Source: Chloroflexota bacterium
GTDB taxonomy: Bacteria; Chloroflexota; Dehalococcoidia; Lucifugimonadales; Australimonadaceae
Assembly: GCA_022561985.1 (NCBI GenBank)
Contig: JADFQE010000003.1
Location: forward strand, 1-58,876
Direction of reading: 5' to 3'
Length of the DNA: 58,876 bases
Part shown: positions 47,817 to 58,876 of the stretch, piece after piece
How positions within the stretch are numbered: position 1 is the stretch's first letter
Layout of the letters: the number at the start of each line of letters is the position of its first letter
Notes under the pieces: model-generated
Database searches by the model: none
What the model saw: the letters and a program-made list of their open reading frames with translations, nothing else
Told to the model about the DNA's origin: nothing
Program-made: the position numbers and the translations under genes

Positions 47817-50044
47817 TGCTTGCCCGGCTGAGGCCAAGGGCCGGCGCCGCCCTCCGGAGGGCGTGGGCGTCGCTCGCGCAGGGTTGGCGCGAGGCCGGCT
47901 GGGAGGCGTGGGCGTACCTCGCCATCATCGCCGTGGCGCTCGGGACGCGGCTGTGGGACCTGGGCGGCCGCTCGCTGCACTACGACGAGATCCTCCACGC
48001 CTACTACTCCTTCCAGTTCGCCGTGGGGGCCGGGTACTCGCACACGCCCGTCACCCACGGCCCGTTCCTGTTCCACACGGCAGCGGCGACCTTCGCGCTG
48101 ATCGGGGCAAGCGACGTCACCGTCCGGCTCCTGCCGGCGCTTTTCGGGACGGTGCTGGTGGGGCTGCCGTACTTCCTGCGGCGGGAGCTCGGCCGCTACG
48201 GCGCGCTTGCCACGGCCGTGCTGCTGACGGTCTCGCCGTCGATGCTGTACTTCAGCCGGTTCATCCGCAACGACATCTTCATGGCCGTGTGGACCCTCGC
48301 GCTCCTCGTCGTCATGTGGCGCTACATGGAGCGGCCGCGCACCGCGCTGCTGGTCGCCTGGGCGGCGCTGTGGGCCCTTGCCTTCGCCACCAAGGAGTCG
48401 TCGTACCTCACCGCCGCCTCCTTCGGGCTCTTCCTGCTCATGCTCGCGGCACCCCCTCTCTGGCGCTGGGTCCGGGGAACCGGGCGCCTCTCGGACATGA
48501 CGCCCGCGGGCGACCTCATCATCGTGCTCGGGACGCTCTCGCTGCCGCTCCTCACCCCCGCCGCCGGACTGTTCCAGAGGTCCCTCGGCATCACGCTCGT
48601 CAATCCCGACGGGAACGACCCGCGCATCGCGGCCGGGGAGATCGCGCGGGCAGCCGTCGAGACGGGCGCGCCGGCCGGTGGAGGGCTGTACATCGCCGCC
48701 GTCCTGGTCGCCGTGGCGGTCGCGATCTCCGTCTCGATCGGCATGCGGTGGGACCCGCGGCGCTGGCCCCTGCTGGCGGCGGTCTTCGTGGGCATCTGGC
48801 TCACGCTCTTCACCAGCGTCTTCTCGAACTGGGACGGCTTCTTCACCGGCTTCTGGGGATCGCTCGGCTACTGGATCGCGCAGCAGGGGGTCGAGCGGGC
48901 GGGACAGCCCTGGTACTACTACTTCATCGGGCTGCCGGTCTACGAGTTCCTCGCCGTCGTCCCCGCGGTGGTGGGCGGGGCTTACCTCGCCATCCGCGGC
49001 CGGCTGTTCGACCGCATGCTGGCCGGCTGGGCCGTGCTCACGCTGGTCACGTTCTCCCTCGCGGGCGAGCGCATGCCGTGGCTGCTGGTCGGCATCACGC
49101 TGCCCATCGTGCTGGTCGCCGGGCGGTCCGTCGGGATGCTCGTCGGGTCCGCCCTGCGGTCCCGGTACGCGCCCGCGGGGTTCGGCGGCGGCGCCGGGCT
49201 CGCCGTGCTCGGCCCCTTCGCGGCCGTGCGCGCGATCCGGACCGACGACCTGGCCTCGGACGTCGGCTTCTGGCTGGCGGTCGCGGGCAGCGGCGCCGTC
49301 CTCGCGGCCGCGCTGTTCGTCGCGCTGCGCCTCCGGCCGGCGCCCGCCCTCGCCGCGGCGACGCGGTTCCTCGGCGTGCTCCAGCAGCCGCACGTACTGC
49401 CAACGCTCTCGGGAGCGGCGCTCGGCGTGCTCGCGGTGCTCCTCGCGATGACCGTCTTCGTGAGTGCGCGGGCGACGTACAGCTATGCGGGGTTCGAGCG
49501 GCCCACCGAGCTGCTGATCTACTCGCAGACCGGCCAGGAGACGTCGTATGCGGCCGCTTGCATCGACCGCATCGCCGCCTCCTCGGGCAAGGGGCAGGAG
49601 GGGCTGCGCATCTTCTCCGGCGAGTCCGACAACTTCGCGTGGCAGTGGCGGTGGTACCTCCGCGACTACGCCAACATCGAGTACCGCTTCCTCCACGAGA
49701 CGCCGCTCACGGAGCCGCCCACCGTGCACGGGCAGCCCGCGGACGTGGTGCTCATCAGCCAGTCGGTGGAGGCCGCCAACCGCGAGGCGCTCGCTGGGTT
49801 CACGCGCGTGGGCGAGATACACCACCTGTGGTGGTTCCCCAACGCCGCCTACGCGAGCCTCACCCCCGCGGGCGTGCTCCAGGCGGCCTTCACGAAGGAG
49901 AGCTGGCGGACGATGACCGACTACTTCTTCACGCGGACGCTCAACCGCTCGATGCAGCGCTCCAACGGCGCGGTGTACGTGGCGAACGACCTGGCCGGCC
50001 TCGCCGTCGACTGCACCGCGCTACGCGCCACCGTGGGCCTGTAG
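47816..50044 (+). CDS. TIGR03663-like PMT_2/ArnT-type membrane glycosyltransferase
   Basis: LWDLGGRSLHYDEILHAYYS and a polytopic N-terminal half. The start overlaps the upstream stop (TGATG). Confidence 0.75.
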   Translation: MLARLRPRAGAALRRAWASLAQGWREAGWEAWAYLAIIAVALGTRLWDLGGRSLHYDEILHAYYSFQFAVGAGYSHTPVTHGPFLFHTAAATFALIGASDVTVRLLPALFGTVLVGLPYFLRRELGRYGALATAVLLTVSPSMLYFSRFIRNDIFMAVWTLALLVVMWRYMERPRTALLVAWAALWALAFATKESSYLTAASFGLFLLMLAAPPLWRWVRGTGRLSDMTPAGDLIIVLGTLSLPLLTPAAGLFQRSLGITLVNPDGNDPRIAAGEIARAAVETGAPAGGGLYIAAVLVAVAVAISVSIGMRWDPRRWPLLAAVFVGIWLTLFTSVFSNWDGFFTGFWGSLGYWIAQQGVERAGQPWYYYFIGLPVYEFLAVVPAVVGGAYLAIRGRLFDRMLAGWAVLTLVTFSLAGERMPWLLVGITLPIVLVAGRSVGMLVGSALRSRYAPAGFGGGAGLAVLGPFAAVRAIRTDDLASDVGFWLAVAGSGAVLAAALFVALRLRPAPALAAATRFLGVLQQPHVLPTLSGAALGVLAVLLAMTVFVSARATYSYAGFERPTELLIYSQTGQETSYAAACIDRIAASSGKGQEGLRIFSGESDNFAWQWRWYLRDYANIEYRFLHETPLTEPPTVHGQPADVVLISQSVEAANREALAGFTRVGEIHHLWWFPNAAYASLTPAGVLQAAFTKESWRTMTDYFFTRTLNRSMQRSNGAVYVANDLAGLAVDCTALRATVGL

Positions 50045-50064
50045 GGGCGCACGGCGTGCGCCCC
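50041..50064 (+). repeat. REP element
   Basis: GTAGGGGCGCACGGCGTGCGCCCC. Its TAG is the stop of the glycosyltransferase gene. Confidence 0.8.
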
Positions 50065-50113
50065 GGCCCCGCCCTGGCCGCCCCTGCCCCGCCTGGCCGC
50101 CCTGGCCGCCGCG

Positions 50114-50119
50114 TATACT
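50114..50119 (+). promoter_or_regulatory. -10-like TATACT upstream of the UPF0104 gene
   Basis: The GCGTATACTCG context resembles the one at 54111 upstream of ligA. Confidence 0.25.
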
Positions 50120-50161
50120 CGTCGGGTTGGCCGCAACCCGCTTGCTGAGGTAGTTCGACCC

Positions 50162-51286
50162 TTGGTACGAGATCCCCTGATAAGGCGGATATGGCTCGGG
50201 ATCGCCATCACCGCGCTCTTCGTCGCGCTGGCGCTCGTCCGGCTCGACCTCGGCGAGACGTGGTCGGCCGCGGCCGGCGCCAACTACGCGTACCTCGTCC
50301 CGGCGATCGCGGTCTACTTCGTCTCGCTCTACGTGCGCTCGTACCGGTGGCGCTATCTGCTCCAGCCCTTCGCGGCGGTCCACTCCTGGCGGCTCTACCC
50401 CGTCATCCTCGTGGGGTACATGGCCAACAACATCCTCCCCGTCCGCCTCGGCGAGCTGGCGCGCAGCTACTACCTCTCGGTGCGCGAGCCGGTGCGCGGG
50501 TCGACGGCGCTGGCGACGATCCTCGTGGAGCGCGTGTTCGACGGCCTGACGCTGCTCGTGTTCCTGGCGGTCGCGGCCCTGTTCCTGCCCATCGAAGCGC
50601 TCGCCCTCCGCATCGGTGAGACCCGTGGTCTGGCGCCGTGGGGCGTGGCCGCGCTGCTCGCCGCGCCCTTCGTCGGCGTGCTGGCCGGCATCGTGCTCGT
50701 CGCGCTCCGGCCGGAGCCCTCGCGCGCCCTCGTGCAGCGGCTCACCCAGCGCCTTCCGGGGGGGGCGGGGGCGCGTGTCCAGGGAGTGGCCGACCGGTTC
50801 ATCGCCGGCTTCGAGGGGCTGCACCGGCCCAGCCGGCTGGGGGCCGTCTTCGCGCGCTCAGTCCCGATCTGGCTCGCCGAGGCCGTCATGTACTACATCG
50901 TCGCCCTGGGCTTCGACCTCCAGGACCAGCTCGGCGGGCCCCTCGCGATGGCTTCAGCCATCCTCGTCGTGACCGCCGCATCCAACCTCGCCACGGCCCT
51001 GCCCTCCTCGCCCGGATCGCTCGGACCCTTCGAGGCATTGGCCGTGCTCGCACTCGTCTTCTTGGGCGTCGACGGCGAGACCGCGCTTGCCTACGCCATC
51101 GTGCTGCACCTGGCGCTGCTGCTGCCCGTGATCGCTGCGGGCCTCGCGCACCTCGCGGCCCGCGGCCTCACCCTCGGCGAGCTCATGCGCCGCCGCGAGG
51201 CTGCCGTGGCGCCGGATGCCCAAGCAGCCGTCGCGCCGGATGGCCCCAGTGCCGTCGCGCCGGATGGCAGAGAGGAGCGCGCATGA
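50162..51286 (+). CDS. UPF0104 / lysyl-phosphatidylglycerol-synthase-TM-like (flippase-like) membrane protein
   Basis: RSYRWRYLL and MANNILPVRLGELARSYYL motifs, about 8 TM segments. Confidence 0.75.
   Translation: MVRDPLIRRIWLGIAITALFVALALVRLDLGETWSAAAGANYAYLVPAIAVYFVSLYVRSYRWRYLLQPFAAVHSWRLYPVILVGYMANNILPVRLGELARSYYLSVREPVRGSTALATILVERVFDGLTLLVFLAVAALFLPIEALALRIGETRGLAPWGVAALLAAPFVGVLAGIVLVALRPEPSRALVQRLTQRLPGGAGARVQGVADRFIAGFEGLHRPSRLGAVFARSVPIWLAEAVMYYIVALGFDLQDQLGGPLAMASAILVVTAASNLATALPSSPGSLGPFEALAVLALVFLGVDGETALAYAIVLHLALLLPVIAAGLAHLAARGLTLGELMRRREAAVAPDAQAAVAPDGPSAVAPDGREERA
51200..51271 (+). repeat. 24-bp tandem repeat x3 inside the UPF0104 3' end
   Basis: Encodes AAVAPDAQ / AAVAPDGP / SAVAPDGR. 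Confidence 0.8.
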
Positions 51287-52614
51287 GGGTCGGTATCGTC
51301 GGCGCGGGCGCGGCCGGCCTGGCCGCGGCCTACGAGCTGGGCCTCGCCGGGCACACGGCCGAAGTCTTCGAGGGCGCGCCGTTCCTGGGCGGGCAGGCCT
51401 CCACCTTCGACGTCAACGGCACGCCGCTGGAGCGCGGGTACCACCACCTCTTCCGCAGCGACACCGCGATGACGGACCTCATCGGGGAGCTGGGCCTCGC
51501 CCACCGGCTGCGCTGGATCGACTCCAACGTCGCCTACTTCAGCAGGGGGCGCCTCTGGCGGTTCACCTCGCCCATCGACCTGCTGCGGTTCGGCCCGCTG
51601 CCCTTCGAGGACCGGATACGGCTCGGGCTGCTGACCGTGGGGCTGCAGCGCCGCAAGGAGTGGCGCTCGCTCGAGGCTCAGACGGCGACGGAGTGGCTGC
51701 TGGAGCACGCCGGCCGGCGCATCTACGACGTCATCTTCGCGCCGATGCTGCGCGGCAAGTTCGGCAAGTACCACGAGGACATCAGCATGGCGTGGCTGTG
51801 GAACAAGTTCGCGCTGCGCACGACCTCCCGCGGCAAGGGACTGATCGGCAAGCTCAAGGAGCAGCTCGGCTACCCCACCGGCAGCTTCGGCGAGGTCTTC
51901 GACGTCCTGGGTGCGACGATCCAGGCCCAGGGCGGGCAGGTGCACCTCCGCACGCCCGTGCGCCGGGTCATCGTCGAAGACGACCGCGCGACGGGGCTCG
52001 AGGTGGCCATCGACGGTGGCTCGCCGGAGCGCCGCGACTACGACATGGTGCTGGCGACGACGCCGTCCTACATCTTCCCGAAGCTCGTGCCGCAGCTCCC
52101 GGCCGGCTATCTGGCCATGCTCACCGACAAGGTCTACCTGGCGGCGGTGCTGGTCATCCTGGAGCTCGACCGGCCCTTGAGCCCCCACTACTGGACGTAC
52201 ATCGGCGACCGGCGCATCCCATTCCTGGGCGTCATCGAGCACACGAACTTCATGCCGCCCGAGAAATACGGCGGCGCGCACGTCGTCTACCTCGCGAACT
52301 ACCTGGAGCGCGACGACCCGCTCTACGCCATGAGCCCGGAGGAGCTGTACCGGGAGTACCTGCCGCACCTGAAGCGGCTGAACCCGGCCTTCGACGAATC
52401 GTGGGTCAAGAACTACCACCACCACAAGGTGGACGCCGCGCAGCCCATCGTGACGCGGGGCTACTCCGAGCGCATCCCCGACCACCGCACGCCGATCCGT
52501 GGCCTCTACCTCGCCAACACCACGCAGATCTACCCCGAGGACCGCGGGACGAACTACAGCGTGCGCATGGGCCGCATGGTCGCGCGCATGATGGACGGCG
52601 ACAGCCGGGCGTAG
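51283..52614 (+). CDS. FAD-dependent oxidoreductase (amine oxidase / phytoene desaturase-like)
   Basis: MRVGIVGAGAAGLAAAYEL...FLGGQ dinucleotide-binding N-terminus. The ATG overlaps the upstream stop (ATGA). Confidence 0.8.
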   Translation: MRVGIVGAGAAGLAAAYELGLAGHTAEVFEGAPFLGGQASTFDVNGTPLERGYHHLFRSDTAMTDLIGELGLAHRLRWIDSNVAYFSRGRLWRFTSPIDLLRFGPLPFEDRIRLGLLTVGLQRRKEWRSLEAQTATEWLLEHAGRRIYDVIFAPMLRGKFGKYHEDISMAWLWNKFALRTTSRGKGLIGKLKEQLGYPTGSFGEVFDVLGATIQAQGGQVHLRTPVRRVIVEDDRATGLEVAIDGGSPERRDYDMVLATTPSYIFPKLVPQLPAGYLAMLTDKVYLAAVLVILELDRPLSPHYWTYIGDRRIPFLGVIEHTNFMPPEKYGGAHVVYLANYLERDDPLYAMSPEELYREYLPHLKRLNPAFDESWVKNYHHHKVDAAQPIVTRGYSERIPDHRTPIRGLYLANTTQIYPEDRGTNYSVRMGRMVARMMDGDSRA

Positions 52615-52627
52615 GGGCGCCGCGCCC

Positions 52628-52631
<4 letters not shown>
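52611..52631. repeat. shortened REP variant (GTAGGGGCG-CCG-CGCCCCTAC)
   Basis: Near-perfect palindrome. The TAG at 52612-52614 stops the plus-strand gene and the CTA at 52628-52630 stops the minus-strand MFS gene. Confidence 0.7.
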
Positions 52632-58193
<5,562 letters not shown>

Positions 58194-58194
<1 letters not shown>

Positions 58195-58829
58195 TGGCGC
58201 GTGCGTCCAGGGGCGTTCTCGGCTGGCTGCGCGCCAAGCGCCCCAAGACGATGGGGGGCCCGCCCGCGGGGCCGCGGCCGGCCATCGTCATGGGGCTCGG
58301 CAATCCGGGGCCCAAGTACGCCGGTACCCGCCACAACGTCGGCTTCCGGTGCATCGACGTGGTGGCCGAGCGCGCCGGCATCAGCCTCAACGACCGCCGC
58401 AAGCACGCGGACCTGGGGCGCGGCACCGTGGGCGGCGTGCCCGTGGTGCTCGCCAAGCCGCGCACCTTCATGAACGCGAGCGGGCTCGCGGCGCGCTACC
58501 TGCTGGACCGCTTCGGCACGGGCCCGGAGCGCATGCTCGTCGTCATCGACGACCTCGACCTGCCCCTGGGCAAGATACGCATGCGTGGCGCGGGCAGCTC
58601 CGGCGGCCACCGTGGGCTCGATTCCATCAGCGCGGAGGCGCGCACCGGCGCCTACCCCCGGCTCCGCATCGGCATCGGGCGCCCCGATGCGGGCGCCATC
58701 GCCCACGTCCTCGGCGGCTTCGCGCCCGCCGAGGAGGCCGCGCTCGCCGAAACTCTCGCCCTCGCCGCCGACGCCGTGGAGATGTGGGCCGAGCACGGCG
58801 TCGACGCCGCCATGAACCGGTTCAATTGA
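58194..58829 (+). CDS. pth: peptidyl-tRNA hydrolase
   Basis: GLGNPGPKYAGTRHNVGF and GSSGGHRGL motifs. A later start at the M of MGGPPAG or MGLGNPG is possible. Confidence 0.9.
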
Positions 58830-58876
58830 GACACCTCCCTCCCCTGCTGCTGGCAGTGCTTGCCGCGTCCCTCGCG

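Noticed and set aside
43455-47837. Very long antisense ORFs: 1460 aa here, plus 19426-22626 (1066 aa), 6912-8657 (581 aa), 54110-56209 (699 aa), 47786-49825 (679 aa) and many others.
   Set aside because: They lie opposite genes with clear family motifs and are Arg/Gly/Pro/Asp-rich with no motifs. These are typical shadow ORFs of 70% GC DNA.
50065-50110. GCCCTGGCCGCC-type micro-repeats after the REP at 50041.
   Set aside because: This is short, low-complexity GC-rich sequence with no clear unit structure or second occurrence.
58826-58876. Possible start of a further gene (TTG overlapping the pth stop, then RHLPPLLLAVLAASLA, which is signal-peptide-like).
   Set aside because: Only 17 codons fall inside the window, which is too little to support a call.

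Overview
High-GC (about 70%) bacterial chromosomal window. It is probably Chloroflexota (Thermomicrobia/Sphaerobacter-like), inferred from a Chlor_Arch_YYY (DUF2298) membrane protein next to a TIGR03663-like glycosyltransferase. Most genes are housekeeping or transport: lepB, an ECF sigma/anti-sigma pair, glyQS, mutS, serA plus a class-V aminotransferase, a 4-gene polar amino-acid ABC system, trpS, rnc, ftsY, ligA and pth. Six things stand out. (1) Two genes, a rhodanese and a DsbA-like thioredoxin-fold protein, carry an in-frame TGA exactly at the catalytic or redox cysteine, each followed by a hairpin at SECIS-like spacing, so they are candidate selenoproteins (or twin pseudogenes). (2) A REP-associated tyrosine transposase (RAYT) sits with its cognate GTAG-headed REP palindromes. 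Six copies are scattered through the window, and their GTAG/CTAC arms supply the TAG stop codon of five genes. Two further dispersed repeat families are also present. (3) The first 2.2 kb has lower GC (about 54%), abuts the 3' end of tRNA-Lys(UUU), and looks like the edge of an integrated element (frameshifted ParA-like gene plus unknown genes). (4) A NuoE/NuoF/FdhA-like/FNR-like operon lacks the usual formate dehydrogenase Cys/Sec ligand by my by-eye alignment. (5) The YYY membrane protein carries a seven-repeat FG-GAP-like insert. (6) A 649-aa ORF of unknown function is translationally coupled between ligA and pth. No rRNA genes or CRISPR arrays were seen. All family assignments come from motif recognition by eye, not from searches.
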